NCBI GenBank assembly: GCA_963760515.1
Contig: CAVXDL010000016.1
Coordinates: 1,129 to 65,128 of the forward strand
Length of the DNA stretch: 64,000 bases
Source: an uncultured Actinomycetota bacterium
Lineage (GTDB): Bacteria > Actinomycetota > Actinomycetes > Propionibacteriales > Nocardioidaceae
Reading direction: 5' to 3'
Position 1 is the first letter of the stretch. Each line of letters starts with the position of its first letter. Positions 1-9,666 of this stretch are shown piece after piece. Both the position numbers and the translations under genes were made by a program. The notes below the pieces were generated by a model, which did not search any database, was not told the DNA's origin, and was given only the letters and a program-made list of their open reading frames with translations.

Positions 1-133
1 CGTCGGGCACCCGCACGCCCAGCGCGCTGAGGTGGGAGACCATCTCGCCGAGCGAGGAGTTCTTGCCGCCGACCTCCTCGAGGTCGGCCAGACCGATCTC
101 GGAGAACCAGCGGACGTTGGTGGACTCGCTCAT
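1..133 (-). CDS. ppsA: phosphoenolpyruvate synthase (pyruvate, water dikinase), first 44 codons; continues past the left edge
   Basis: Minus-strand ATG at 133 gives MSESTNVRWFSEIGLADLEEVGGKNSSLGEMVSHLSALGVRVPD, the conserved PpsA N-terminus. The start overlaps the ppsR stop as ATGA (130-133). Confidence 0.8.
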   Translation of the reverse strand, partial: MSESTNVRWFSEIGLADLEEVGGKNSSLGEMVSHLSALGVRVPD

Positions 134-1062
134 GGTGTGTCGCCTCGGGATTCGTCGGTGGTGGTTGCTGACCGGCCGATGTCCAGCTCACGCGCCTTGC
201 TGCGCTCGCGGGACAAGATGCCGCCGTTCTTCTTCAACGTCTGCAGGATCACGGTGGAGATCTCCTCGATCGACTTGGCCGAGGAGTCGACGACCGGGAT
301 CCGGTGGCCGGCGAACATCTCCTTGGCCCGGCGCAGCTCCCAGCGGCACTGCGCGGCGTCGGCGTACGACGACCCGGGGCGGCGCTCGCTGCGCACCCGG
401 CTGAGCCGTTCGACGGTGGTCACGATGCCGAAGCACCGCTCCTGGAAGTCGCGCACCGGGCGGGGCAGCTCGGAGGACTCGAGGTCCTCGTCGACGAGGG
501 GGTAGTTGGCGACGTACAGCCCGTGCTGGAGCGCGAGGTACATGCTGGTGGGCGTCTTGCCGCAGCGTGAGGGCGCCAGCAGGATCACGTCGGCCTTGTC
601 GAGCGCGCGCAGGCTCTGGCCGTCGTCGTGCTCGATGGTGAACTCCACCGCCGCCATCCGGCTGTTGTAGCGCTTGATGTCGCCGACGCCGTGCAGGCGC
701 GCGACCTCGCGCACGCCGCGCTGGCCGAGCAGCGACTCGATCCGGCTCATGTGCATCTCGAAGAAGTCGATGAGCGGAGCCGTGGTCTTGCTCAGCTCGG
801 CGCGGATGTCGTCCTCGGCTGCGGTGGAGAAGGCCAGCGGCTTGACCTCGCCCTCCATCGCCTTGTCGAGGATCGCGACCACGCGGCGTGCATCCTCCAC
901 GGTGGTGATGAACGGGATCACGGTGCGCTCGAAGACCTTGTCCGGGAACTGGATGAGCAACGCGTTGCCCATCGTCTCGGCGCTGATGCCGGTGGAGTCG
1001 GAGAGGAAGAAAACGGGTACGACGGGGGGCTCCTCGCCCTGCGTCTCGTTGTGCTCCGTCAA
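130..1062 (-). CDS. ppsR: PEP synthase regulatory protein (bifunctional kinase/pyrophosphorylase, DUF299)
   Basis: Part of ORF 130..1287. It reads VFFLSDSTGISAET...ADVILLAPSRCGKTPTSMYLA (P-loop), typical of PpsR, and sits directly upstream of ppsA. The nearest in-frame start before the conserved block is TTG at 1062; the longer N-terminus looks non-coding. Confidence 0.85.
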   Translation of the reverse strand: MTEHNETQGEEPPVVPVFFLSDSTGISAETMGNALLIQFPDKVFERTVIPFITTVEDARRVVAILDKAMEGEVKPLAFSTAAEDDIRAELSKTTAPLIDFFEMHMSRIESLLGQRGVREVARLHGVGDIKRYNSRMAAVEFTIEHDDGQSLRALDKADVILLAPSRCGKTPTSMYLALQHGLYVANYPLVDEDLESSELPRPVRDFQERCFGIVTTVERLSRVRSERRPGSSYADAAQCRWELRRAKEMFAGHRIPVVDSSAKSIEEISTVILQTLKKNGGILSRERSKARELDIGRSATTTDESRGDTP

Positions 1063-1153
1063 TGCTCTTCCCGCCCTGAGGTGTCCGAGGCAGGTTACCC
1101 ACGCCCCTCGCCCCTGCGCGACGGGTCTCAGGTCAGGCGGTGATACTGGCGGT

Positions 1154-2488
1154 ATGACGGTCCGCGACACAGTCCAGCGACGTACCGCCCAAGCCGTGCG
1201 CTGGGGCCTGGCCCAAGCGATCCCGAGCCGGGCGATCGCGGCCTCGGCCAAGCGGGGCGACCTCCACGGGCGGCTCATCGTGGCCACCAGCAGCAGTGGC
1301 GAGGTGCCGATCGACCTCTTCGACGAGATCCGTGCCGACGGCCCGGTCCACCGCGCCCGCTACGCCTACGTCACCGCGTCCCTGCCGACCGTCAAGGAGG
1401 TGCTGACGAGCAACGACGTGCGCACCGGCGTCGAGCTCGGCACCGAGGGGCTCCTGGGTCGCAGCGCCCGCTGGGCCATGCGCACCGCCCCGATCGGGCC
1501 GCTCACGCCGCCGTCGCTGCTCGTGACCGAGCCCCCCGACCACACCCGCTACCGCAAGCTGGTCACCCGGGTCTTCAGCGTGCGGGCCGTCGACCGGCTC
1601 CGCACCCGCACCGAGCAGATCGCGGCCGACCTCATCGCCGAGCTCGTCGCCACCCGCGACCCGAACGAGCCGGTCGACCTGATCGAGGCCTACTGCGCCC
1701 AGCTGCCGGTCACCGTGATCGCCGAGATCCTCGGGGTGCCGCACGCCGAGCGGGGACGGGTGCTGCAGTTCGGCAGCGCCGCCGCCCCCAGCCTCGACCT
1801 CGGTCTCACCTGGGACACGTTCACCACGGTGGAGAAGGCCCTCAACGAGTTCGACGAGTGGCTGACCGACCACCTCGAGGCCGTGCGCCGCAACCCGGGC
1901 GAAGACCTGCTCAGCCAGCTCGTGGCCGCTCGCGACGACGAGGGCGTCGCCCTGACCGACGACGAGCTCAAGGCGACCGCCGGGCTGGTGCTCGCCGCCG
2001 GCTTCGAGACCACCGTCAACCTGCTCGGCAACGGCATCGCCCTGCTCCACGAGCACCCGGCGCAGCTGAGCCGCCTCCAGGCCGAGCCGGAGCTGTGGCC
2101 CAACGCGGTCGACGAGGTGCTGCGCTTCGACCCGCCGGTGCTGCTGACCGGTCGGACGGTCATCCGCGACACGTCGTTCGCTGGCACGGCGGTCCAGAAG
2201 GGCGCCATCGTGACGACCCTGCTCGCCGGTGCCAACCGCGACCCCGAGGTCTTCACCGACCCCCACACCTTCGACGTGGCGCGCGCCAACGCCGGCGAGC
2301 ACGTCTCCTTCTCCTCGGGGCGCCACTACTGCCTCGGCGCCGCTCTCGCGCGGATGGAGGGCGAGGTCGGGCTGCGCGCCATCTTCGACGCCTTCCCCGA
2401 CCTCCGGGTGCTCCCCGGTGCCCGGCGCCGCGACACCCGCATCCTGCGCGGGTACGCCGAGCTGCCGGTGCGCCTCAACGCCGGCTGA
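1154..2488 (+). CDS. cytochrome P450
   Basis: C-terminal part of ORF 674..2488. It has the heme-binding signature FSSGRHYCLG and an AGFETT I-helix motif. The ATG at 1154 (MTVRDTVQ...) gives 444 aa. Confidence 0.9.
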   Translation: MTVRDTVQRRTAQAVRWGLAQAIPSRAIAASAKRGDLHGRLIVATSSSGEVPIDLFDEIRADGPVHRARYAYVTASLPTVKEVLTSNDVRTGVELGTEGLLGRSARWAMRTAPIGPLTPPSLLVTEPPDHTRYRKLVTRVFSVRAVDRLRTRTEQIAADLIAELVATRDPNEPVDLIEAYCAQLPVTVIAEILGVPHAERGRVLQFGSAAAPSLDLGLTWDTFTTVEKALNEFDEWLTDHLEAVRRNPGEDLLSQLVAARDDEGVALTDDELKATAGLVLAAGFETTVNLLGNGIALLHEHPAQLSRLQAEPELWPNAVDEVLRFDPPVLLTGRTVIRDTSFAGTAVQKGAIVTTLLAGANRDPEVFTDPHTFDVARANAGEHVSFSSGRHYCLGAALARMEGEVGLRAIFDAFPDLRVLPGARRRDTRILRGYAELPVRLNAG

Positions 2489-2502
2489 GCAGCAGACCGG
2501 TC

Positions 2503-2550
2503 CTGACTCGACATCTGGTGCCGTCTGGTGGCACCAGATGTCGAGTCAGC
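2503..2550. repeat. 48-bp palindromic element, copy 1 (20-bp perfect stem, 7-nt loop); probable terminator of the P450 gene
   Basis: CTGACTCGACATCTGGTGCC gtctggt GGCACCAGATGTCGAGTCAG c. It is 47/48 identical to 3577-3624. Confidence 0.9.
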
Positions 2551-2626
2551 GGGGCGAGGCGGAGGTTGTCCACAGGTGGCGGCAAGCGCGGTGGCGGCGT
2601 ACGCGATCGGGCCGCACCATCGGCGG

Positions 2627-3580
2627 ATGACCAGCGCTTTCGACCTCGGCGGCTTCGAGCACCTCGCCGGGTTCATCCAGGACGGAGTGATCTCGCGCGC
2701 TCAGCTGCGCGACCTGGGTGCGACGCCGTCCGACGTACGCCGCCTGCTCCGGCGCCGCGACCTCACCATGCATCATCCGGGCATCTACGTCTGCCACACC
2801 GGCCCCCTGTCGTGGCGGCAACGTGCGTGGGCTGCGGTCCTGCACCACGAGCCGGCAGCGCTGGCGGATGAGTCGGCGCTCCCGCACCCGCCCGCTCGGG
2901 CGCCCATCCAGGTGGCGGTCGCCATGGACCGGCGGCTCTCGCGGATGCCCGGAGTGGTCGTGAGACGCATGCCCGACTTCGAGCAGCGGTTGCGGCCGCT
3001 GTCGTCGCCCCCGAGCATCCGGCTGGAGCACGCCGCGATCGACGTGGCCGCAAGACGGGCCGACACCGCCGCCCGGTTCCGGGTCTTCGCCGATGTCTGC
3101 CAGACCCGGCTCACGTCGGCGGCCACCATCGCCGACGTCCTGCGCTCGCGCGCACGTGTGCCTCACCGCCAGTTGCTCATGGACCTGCTCGACGACCTCG
3201 CCGAGGGGGCGTGCTCGGTGCTGGAGCGCAACTACCTGCTGCTCGAGCGGCGCCACGGGCTGCCGAGCGCGCACCGTCAGCGCCGCGACGTCGTCGCAGG
3301 CCGCCCCTTCTACCGCGACGTCCCCTACTCCGACTTCCACCTGATCGTGGAGCTGGACGGCCGCCCGTTCCACGACACCGCCCTGGCACGCGACCGGGAC
3401 TTCGAGCGCGACCTCGACACCGCCGTCGCCAGTGACGCCACCACCGTGCGGCTCACCTACGGCCAGGTCTGCACGCGCGGCTGCGCCACGATCCGCAAGA
3501 TCGCGATGCTCCTCGAGCGTCGGGGCTGGACGGGGCCGTTCCGTCCATGCCCCGCATGCCCACCTCCGTCGCGGCCCTGA
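2627..3580 (+). CDS. DUF559 (Vsr-like endonuclease fold) protein with an AbiEi-like N-terminal wHTH
   Basis: ORF 2528..3580. The N-terminus GVISRAQLRDLGATPSDVRRLLRRRDL..HPGIYV and the C-terminus HLIVELDGRPFHDTALARDRDFERDLDT...VRLTYGQV are typical of the actinobacterial DUF559 family. The ATG at 2627 lies outside the hairpin. Confidence 0.7.
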   Translation: MTSAFDLGGFEHLAGFIQDGVISRAQLRDLGATPSDVRRLLRRRDLTMHHPGIYVCHTGPLSWRQRAWAAVLHHEPAALADESALPHPPARAPIQVAVAMDRRLSRMPGVVVRRMPDFEQRLRPLSSPPSIRLEHAAIDVAARRADTAARFRVFADVCQTRLTSAATIADVLRSRARVPHRQLLMDLLDDLAEGACSVLERNYLLLERRHGLPSAHRQRRDVVAGRPFYRDVPYSDFHLIVELDGRPFHDTALARDRDFERDLDTAVASDATTVRLTYGQVCTRGCATIRKIAMLLERRGWTGPFRPCPACPPPSRP

Positions 3581-3624
3581 GTCGACATCTGGTGCCGTCT
3601 GGTGGCACCAGATGTCGAGTCAGC
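3577..3624. repeat. 48-bp palindromic element, copy 2; bidirectional terminator between convergent genes
   Basis: CTGAGTCGACATCTGGTGCC gtctggt GGCACCAGATGTCGAGTCAG c. It contains the TGA of the DUF559 gene (3578-3580) and the stop of the methyltransferase (3620-3622). Confidence 0.9.
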
Positions 3625-4264
3625 GGCGTTGAAGCAGCACGGCGGTGAACTGCTGGGTGGCGCCCCAGGGCGTGACGTGGTCCTCGCCGCTGGTGGAGAC
3701 CAGGTGGAAGCCGGGGAACTCCGCGGCGAGCTCGTCGTGCGTGTAGCGCACGATCGGCAGGCCGCTGCAGGTGAGCGGCCCGTCGGGGCCGAAGGTCGCC
3801 ACGACGACGTGCCCACCGGGCTCGAGGCAGTGCTCCAGCGAGGCCCGGTAGGCGTCGCGCTCGTCCTCCTCGGTGAGGAAGTGGAAGACCGCCCGGTCGT
3901 GCCAGAGCGCGAAGCGGCGCGGCGGACGGAAGCCGAGCACGTCGGCCGCCTCGAGCACGACGTTCGCGCCGGCCTCGCCGATCCGCTCACGCACCGTGTC
4001 GAGCGCGGTCTGCGACAGGTCGATGGCGGTGAGGTCGGTGTAACCACGCTCGACGAGGTTGTCGACCAGGGTCGACCAGCCCGCGCCGACGTCCAGGATC
4101 GGGCGGACCTTGCCGACTCCGCTGGCCTCGATCAGACCGAGCGAGAGCCCGGGCACCGCTTGCCACCACGAGACCCCGTCGACGTCCTTGTCGTCGTGCA
4201 CACCTTCCCAGTAAGCCGCTCTGGCCTCGGCGTCCTCGGGACGAGATGTCGTGTCCGGATCCAT
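3620..4264 (-). CDS. class I SAM-dependent methyltransferase
   Basis: ORF 3620..4336. It has the motif I sequence ILDVGAGWSTL and later LEPGGHVVVATF. The start is probably ATG 4264 (MDPDTTS...); 4336 is an alternative. Confidence 0.85.
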   Translation of the reverse strand: MDPDTTSRPEDAEARAAYWEGVHDDKDVDGVSWWQAVPGLSLGLIEASGVGKVRPILDVGAGWSTLVDNLVERGYTDLTAIDLSQTALDTVRERIGEAGANVVLEAADVLGFRPPRRFALWHDRAVFHFLTEEDERDAYRASLEHCLEPGGHVVVATFGPDGPLTCSGLPIVRYTHDELAAEFPGFHLVSTSGEDHVTPWGATQQFTAVLLQRR

Positions 4265-4348
4265 GCTCCGACTGTAGTGCGGCACCACTTCCCGGGGCAT
4301 CGCCCGCGACGCCTCGCGCTCGACCTCCGCCGACACCGGTCGGCCGGC

Positions 4349-5233
4349 TCAGGACGCGTCGAGCGCGGCCAGCTCCTCGGTCGTCAGCTCGAGATCGGCG
4401 GCAGCCGCGGAGTCGATGATCGACTGCGGGCGCTTGGCGCCGGGGATCGGGATGACGACCGGCGACTGGGCCAGCTCCCAGGCCAGGGCGACCTGCTGCG
4501 GGCTGACCCCGCGGGACTCAGCGACCGTGGCGAACGCCGGGTGCTTGGCGGCGAGCTCCTTGGCGTCGCCCAGCCCGCCCAGCGGGCTCCAGGGCAGGAA
4601 CGCGAGGCCGAGCTCGGCGCAGACCTCGATCTCGGGCTGACTGCTGCGGAACGCCGGGGAGTACTGGTTCTGCACGCTCACCAGGGCATCCCCGAGCACC
4701 GCGTGGGCGGCGCGGATCTGCGCCGGGTCGGCGTTGGAGAGCCCCACGCGCGCGACCTTGCCCGAGTCGGCGATCTCCTTCAGGGTGCCGATCACGTCGT
4801 CGTAGGCGACGTCGGGGTCCGGCCGGTGGTGCTGCCACAGGGCGATCTGCTCGACCCCGAGCCGCTCCAGGCTGGCGTCGACGGCAGCGCGCAGGTGGGC
4901 CGCGGTGCTGTCGGTGGCCCAGCCGCCGCCCTCCGTGCGCACGTGGCCGCCCTTGGTGGCCAGCAGCACCTGGTCGCGGACGCCGAGCTCGTCGAGCAGT
5001 CCGGCGATGAGGCGCTCGTTGGCTCCCTGCGCGTCCTGGCCGAGCTCGTCGCCGGGGCCGTAGGCGTCGGCGGTGTCGAACAGCGTCACACCCGCGTCCA
5101 GTGCAGCGCGGACGGTGTCGAGCAGCTGCTGGCGGGGCTGGGTGCCGGTCTGGTCGAACGTCATCAGGCCGAGGCCGATCGCGCCCACCTCGATCTGTCC
5201 GACGGTTGCGTTGCCGATGGTGCGTGTCTGCAC
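4349..5233 (-). CDS. aldo/keto reductase
   Basis: 294-aa ORF reading IGLGLMTF...FDTADAYG...LATKGG...NQYSP...PIPGAKR, which are AKR family hallmarks. Confidence 0.9.
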   Translation of the reverse strand: MQTRTIGNATVGQIEVGAIGLGLMTFDQTGTQPRQQLLDTVRAALDAGVTLFDTADAYGPGDELGQDAQGANERLIAGLLDELGVRDQVLLATKGGHVRTEGGGWATDSTAAHLRAAVDASLERLGVEQIALWQHHRPDPDVAYDDVIGTLKEIADSGKVARVGLSNADPAQIRAAHAVLGDALVSVQNQYSPAFRSSQPEIEVCAELGLAFLPWSPLGGLGDAKELAAKHPAFATVAESRGVSPQQVALAWELAQSPVVIPIPGAKRPQSIIDSAAAADLELTTEELAALDAS

Positions 5234-5299
5234 GGTGTCTCCTCTGGAGTCAGGAAAGGGCGATCAGGAAGGGCGGTCAGGAAGGGCTGGTCGAGAACG

Positions 5300-6343
5300 T
5301 CACTCGAACGTCGCGGTGTCGATCACGAAGCGGTAGCGCACGTCGCTGGACATGACGCGCTCCCAGGCCTCGTCGATCTGCTCACCCGAGATCACCTCGA
5401 CGTCGGCACCGAGGCCGTGCTCGGCGCAGAAGTCGAGCATCTCCTGGGTCTGCGCGATGCCGCCGATGGCCGACCCCGCCCAGCTGCGACGCCCACCGAT
5501 GAGCGCGAACGCCGGCACCTCGACCGGCTCCGGCGGCGCACCGACGCTGACGACCGTGCCGTCGAGGCGCAGGAGCGAGAGGTACTTGCCCATGGGCAAC
5601 GGCGCGGAGACCGTGTTGATGATCAGGTCGAAGGTGCCGGCGAGGTCGCGGAAGGTCTGCGGGTCGCTGGTGGCGTAGTAGTGGTCGGCACCGAACGCGA
5701 GGCCGTCCTCCTGCTTCGACAAGGTCTGCGACAGCACCGTCACCTCGGCGCCGAGGGTGTGGGCGATCTTCACGCCCATGTGGCCCAGCCCGCCCATCCC
5801 GACGACGGCGACCTTGGTGCCGGGGCCCGCGCCCCAGTGCTTGAGCGGGGAGTAGACCGTGATGCCGGCGCACAGCAGCGGGGCGGCCTCGTCGAGCGCG
5901 ATGCCCTCGGGGATCGCGAGCACGAAGTCCTGGTCGACGACGATGTGGGTGCTGTAGCCACCGTCGGTGGGGCGGCCGTCGCGACCGGTGGAGCCGTAGG
6001 TGCCGATGTTGCCGCCGAGGCAGTACTGCTCCTCGCCGGCGAGGCAGTTCTCGCACTCCCGGCAGGAGTCGACCAGGCAGCCGACGCCGACGCGCGCGCC
6101 CACGGCGTACTTGTCGACGTCTGCGCCGACCTCCTCGACGGTGCCGGCGATCTCGTGGCCGGGCACGAGCGGGAACGTGGCCGGGCCCCACTCCTCGCGG
6201 GCGGTGTGGATGTCGGAGTGGCAGATGCCGGCGTAGGCGATCTTGATCAGCACGTCGCGCGGGCCGAGCTCACGTCGCTCGATCGTGGTCTTCTCGAAGG
6301 GGGCCTTCGCGGCCGGGGTGGCGTAAGCGGTGACGGTGCGCAT
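5300..6343 (-). CDS. NAD(P)-dependent zinc alcohol dehydrogenase (cinnamyl-alcohol/YahK-like)
   Basis: It has the zinc signature [29 protein letters not shown], the structural-zinc motif CRECENC and the Rossmann motif VVGMGGLGH. The start is ATG at 6343 (MRTVTAY). Confidence 0.9.
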   Translation of the reverse strand: MRTVTAYATPAAKAPFEKTTIERRELGPRDVLIKIAYAGICHSDIHTAREEWGPATFPLVPGHEIAGTVEEVGADVDKYAVGARVGVGCLVDSCRECENCLAGEEQYCLGGNIGTYGSTGRDGRPTDGGYSTHIVVDQDFVLAIPEGIALDEAAPLLCAGITVYSPLKHWGAGPGTKVAVVGMGGLGHMGVKIAHTLGAEVTVLSQTLSKQEDGLAFGADHYYATSDPQTFRDLAGTFDLIINTVSAPLPMGKYLSLLRLDGTVVSVGAPPEPVEVPAFALIGGRRSWAGSAIGGIAQTQEMLDFCAEHGLGADVEVISGEQIDEAWERVMSSDVRYRFVIDTATFE

Positions 6344-6399
6344 AGGGAGAAGAACGGGTCCCGAGCCACCGCCATTCCCACCCAAGGGGTGAGTGCGGC

Positions 6400-6822
6400 T
6401 CAGAGCCCTTCGGGCGAGTCCGGCACCTCGGGCACGTCGGAGTGCAGCAACCCGTCGGGGTCGCGCCGCGGCGGCACGTGCGCCAAGGCGGTCTGCACCA
6501 ACGCGACCCGCGCCTTCACGAGCACGGCGCGCTTGAGCCGCCCGGTGCCCTCGGGCAGCAGCCCGGTGACGGTCTCGGTGACCACGGCATCGTCGTACGT
6601 CGGGCGCGTGCCGGGCGCGACCTCGACGTCAGGCAGCGCGACCAGCACCGGCAGCAGCTGAGCGCCGAGGCCGTCGAGGAGGCGGAAGCGCTCCATCCGG
6701 TCCAGCTGCTGCCAGGCCGTCTCGACGTCCTGGCCCTTGCGCACCTTGCCGCGCTGCGCCTTGAGGACCACCTTGGCCGCTCCGTGGAGGGCCGCGGTGA
6801 GCTCGTGCTCGGTGAATCGCAT
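6400..6822 (-). CDS. hypothetical protein
   Basis: ORF 6400..6837 has good GC3 and an ATG at 6822 ([12 protein letters not shown]...). I recognise no family. Confidence 0.5.
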   Translation of the reverse strand: MRFTEHELTAALHGAAKVVLKAQRGKVRKGQDVETAWQQLDRMERFRLLDGLGAQLLPVLVALPDVEVAPGTRPTYDDAVVTETVTGLLPEGTGRLKRAVLVKARVALVQTALAHVPPRRDPDGLLHSDVPEVPDSPEGL

Positions 6823-6897
6823 GGGTCCAGCATGCACAAGACACTGACCCGCCGCGAATACACGCGACGGGTCAGTGGGCAGGCAGTGACAGAGGTG

Positions 6898-8733
6898 CTA
6901 CTCCGCGGCGTCGAGGGCGGCGGCAACGCGACGGTGCGCCTCCCAGATCTCCTCGGGCAGGCCCTCGAACTGGGCCAGGTGCTCCTCGCGGAAGCCCATC
7001 TCCTGGCGCCAGCGGTCGAGGTCGATCGACAGGATCCGCTCGAGGTCGGCGGCCGGCATGTCGAGGCCCTCGAGGTTGAGCTCCTCCTCGGTCGGGATGA
7101 TGCCCACCGGCGTCTGGCGACCGGTCACCTCGCCGGCCTTGAGCTGCATCAGCCACAGCAGGGGACGAAGGTTCTCGCGGTAGCCGGGCCACAGGAAGTG
7201 GCCGTCCTCGGCGTCCTTCTGGAACCAGTTGACGTGCGCGAAGAGCGGCTGCTCGGTGGCGGCACCGATGATCTTGAGCCAGTGCGCGGCGTAGTCGGCC
7301 TCGGCGTAGGCCATGAACGGACGCATCGACATCGGGTCGTAGCGCAGCTGACCATCGAGACCGTCAGCGGCGAACGTCGCCTCCGCGCCCAGCGTCAGGC
7401 CGTCGTAGACGCCCTCGGCGAGGTCGGTGATCGCGCGCACCAGCGGCTCACGATCGCGGGTGCGGCCACCGAAGATGATCGCGTCGACGGGGACACCGGC
7501 GGGGTCCTCGAAGTTCTTCGCCACGTTGGGCACGTTGGCCAGCGTCGTGGTGAAGCGGCTGTTGGGGTGGGCCCACGGGGAGTCGTCGCCGGGCTCGCGG
7601 TCGGCGATGACCTCGCCCTTCCAGTCCTCCCAGCCGTCGAGGTCGGCGGGGTAGCCGGGCGTCTTGCCCTCCCACCAGACCTCCTGCGTCTTGCGGTTGT
7701 AGGCCACGTTGGTGAAGATCGCGCCGCTGCCGGGCTGGATGGAGTCCAGGGCAGTGGGGTTGGTGAGCTCGTTGGTGTCCTTGGCAACGCCGAAGACCCC
7801 GTTCTCGGGGTTCATCGCGTAGACCTTGCCGTCGTCGCCGACCCAGAGCCAGGCGATGTCGTCGCCGTAGAACTCGACGTAGTAGCGGTCACCCATCGCA
7901 TCGGGCGCCAACGTCATGGCGAGGTTGGTCTTGCCCGAGGCGCTGGGGAAGCCACCGCAGACGTGGTACTTCGCACCGGTCTGCTTGTCGGTGATCCCGA
8001 GGAGCATGAACTGCTCGGCCAGGAAGCGGCCCGAGGCGCGGCCGTCGTAGCAGGCCTGACGCAGCCCGTGCGCGATCTTGCCCAGCAGCGCGTTGCCGCC
8101 GTAGGAGGAGCCGAAGTGCAGGATCGTGCGCTCGTCGGCGACGGTCACGAAGTAGCGCTGGTCCTCGGGCGTGCCCTGACCGAGGTTCTCCAGGTCGCCG
8201 GTCACGTGGACGGCGCGCACGAAGGAGTTGGGGTCCTCGAGGTTGTCGACGTGGTCGACGCCCACGCGGGCCATGCGGATCATGTGGAGCACGACCGGAC
8301 GGTTGTCGGTGAGCTCGACGCCGGCGGCGTAGGCCTCGAGGGGCGAGCCGGGAGGAGCCATCAGGTAGGGGACGACGTACATCGTCTTGCCGCGCGACTG
8401 TCCGCGCATGCGCTCGAGCTGGGCCGCCGACATCTCCTCGGCGTCGCGCCAGTTGTTGTAGACGCCCTTGTCCTCGGGCTTGTGGGTGGCCACGATCGTG
8501 CGCTCCTCCGAGCGCGCGGTGTCCTTGAAGTAGGAGCGCGAGTAGTAGAGCCCCTCCCCTGCCGGCAGCAGCTCGCCTGCCTCGAGCGACTCGGCCACCA
8601 GGCGCGCGTCGTCGGAGGTGTTGATGACCTCGACCGCGTCGGGCTCGGTCACCCCCGCCCAGTAGGTGACGTACTCCCGGACCTTGGGGTTCTTCAGACC
8701 TGCATCGTCGAGAACCTTTTCCACATCAAGCAT
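6898..8733 (-). CDS. pckG: phosphoenolpyruvate carboxykinase (GTP)
   Basis: 611 aa, with GFPSASGKTNLAM (kinase-1a) and full-length similarity to GTP-dependent PEPCK. Confidence 0.97.
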   Translation of the reverse strand: MLDVEKVLDDAGLKNPKVREYVTYWAGVTEPDAVEVINTSDDARLVAESLEAGELLPAGEGLYYSRSYFKDTARSEERTIVATHKPEDKGVYNNWRDAEEMSAAQLERMRGQSRGKTMYVVPYLMAPPGSPLEAYAAGVELTDNRPVVLHMIRMARVGVDHVDNLEDPNSFVRAVHVTGDLENLGQGTPEDQRYFVTVADERTILHFGSSYGGNALLGKIAHGLRQACYDGRASGRFLAEQFMLLGITDKQTGAKYHVCGGFPSASGKTNLAMTLAPDAMGDRYYVEFYGDDIAWLWVGDDGKVYAMNPENGVFGVAKDTNELTNPTALDSIQPGSGAIFTNVAYNRKTQEVWWEGKTPGYPADLDGWEDWKGEVIADREPGDDSPWAHPNSRFTTTLANVPNVAKNFEDPAGVPVDAIIFGGRTRDREPLVRAITDLAEGVYDGLTLGAEATFAADGLDGQLRYDPMSMRPFMAYAEADYAAHWLKIIGAATEQPLFAHVNWFQKDAEDGHFLWPGYRENLRPLLWLMQLKAGEVTGRQTPVGIIPTEEELNLEGLDMPAADLERILSIDLDRWRQEMGFREEHLAQFEGLPEEIWEAHRRVAAALDAAE

Positions 8734-8807
8734 GCGAATACGCCTTTCGGGTCAGCTTGGCCCGCAGGCTACCCACCACGAAGCACCCCAGGAGCGGCAG
8801 GGCCGAT

Positions 8808-8850
8808 TGGATCGATCCATATTCGCCAGGCCCGACTAGAACGTGTTCTA
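8808..8850. promoter_or_regulatory. two palindromes in the divergent pckG/SDR promoter region (candidate operators)
   Basis: TGGATCGATCCA (8808-8819) is a perfect 12-mer palindrome. TAGAAC gt GTTCTA lies at 8837-8850. Both sit in a locally AT-richer intergenic region. Confidence 0.3.
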
Positions 8851-8880
8851 TTCTCCTGTAGACCCATCGAGAGGACACTC

Positions 8881-9666
8881 ATGAACAGGCTCAGCGGCAG
8901 GACGGTCATCGTGACCGGAGCGGGATCCGGGATCGGGCGGGGCACTGCCCTGCGCCTGGCTCGCGAGGGAGCGCGCGTCACCGCGCTGGACGTCGTGCCC
9001 GACGGCTTGGTCGGGCTGGCCGACGAGCTCGCCGCCGAGCCGGGTGGCGACCAGCCCGGCACGATCACCACCGGGCACGTCGACATCGCCGACGAGGCCT
9101 CGGTCGTCGCTGCCGTGGCTGCAGCCGTCGAGGAGGGCGGGGGGCTCGACGCGATCGTCAACGCTGCCGCCATCCACTACGGCGACCACACCCACGAGAC
9201 CTCGCTGGAGCGGTGGAACCGGATCCTCGCGGTCAACCTCACCGGCACCTTCTTGATGACCCGCGAGGCACTGCCGTCGCTGCTGGCCTCCGAGCGCGGC
9301 GGCGTGGTCGTCAACTTCGCCTCCACCTCGGCGTTCTTCGCCCACCCCTACATGGCCGCCTACTCGGCGTCCAAGGGCGCGATCATGTCCTTCACCCACT
9401 CGATCGCCCTGGAGTACGCCGACCGCGGTCTACGTGCGGTGAGCCTCGTGCCCGGCGGCATCGAGACCCAGATCGTCGGCTCGACACCTGCCAACCTGCC
9501 CGCCGACACCAACTGGGACAAGTTCGCCAAGCTGATGCCCGTGCTGGGCCGCGGCACGTTCGGCAACCCCGACAGCATCGCCGGCGTCGTCGCCATGCTC
9601 ATCAGCGACGACGGTGCCTACATCACCGGCACCGAGATCCGCGTCGACGGCGGCACCCACATGTAG
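8881..9666 (+). CDS. SDR family oxidoreductase
   Basis: MNRLSGRTVIVTGAGSGIGRG..., the catalytic YSASKGA motif, 261 aa. It is the tail of artefactual ORF 6442..9666. Confidence 0.9.
   Translation: MNRLSGRTVIVTGAGSGIGRGTALRLAREGARVTALDVVPDGLVGLADELAAEPGGDQPGTITTGHVDIADEASVVAAVAAAVEEGGGLDAIVNAAAIHYGDHTHETSLERWNRILAVNLTGTFLMTREALPSLLASERGGVVVNFASTSAFFAHPYMAAYSASKGAIMSFTHSIALEYADRGLRAVSLVPGGIETQIVGSTPANLPADTNWDKFAKLMPVLGRGTFGNPDSIAGVVAMLISDDGAYITGTEIRVDGGTHM

Noticed and set aside
2566-2574. Perfect TTGTCCACA DnaA box between hairpin copy 1 and the DUF559 start
   Set aside because: It is a single isolated 9-mer, and about one such match per 64 kb is expected by chance. It is noted but not called.
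3602-6661. 1,019-aa + strand ORF spanning three genes
   Set aside because: It is Gly/Arg/Ala/Val-rich with no motifs and lies antisense to a recognisable methyltransferase, AKR and ADH. This is a classic high-GC shadow ORF. The same reasoning applies to 6442..8880 (antisense to pckG), 1133..2326, 12215..13084, 13246..14277 and 10044..11508.
8837-8850. Possible LexA/SOS box (GAAC...GTTC)
   Set aside because: The actinobacterial SOS box is GAAC-N4-GTTC. Here the half-sites are separated by only 2 nt, so it does not fit.
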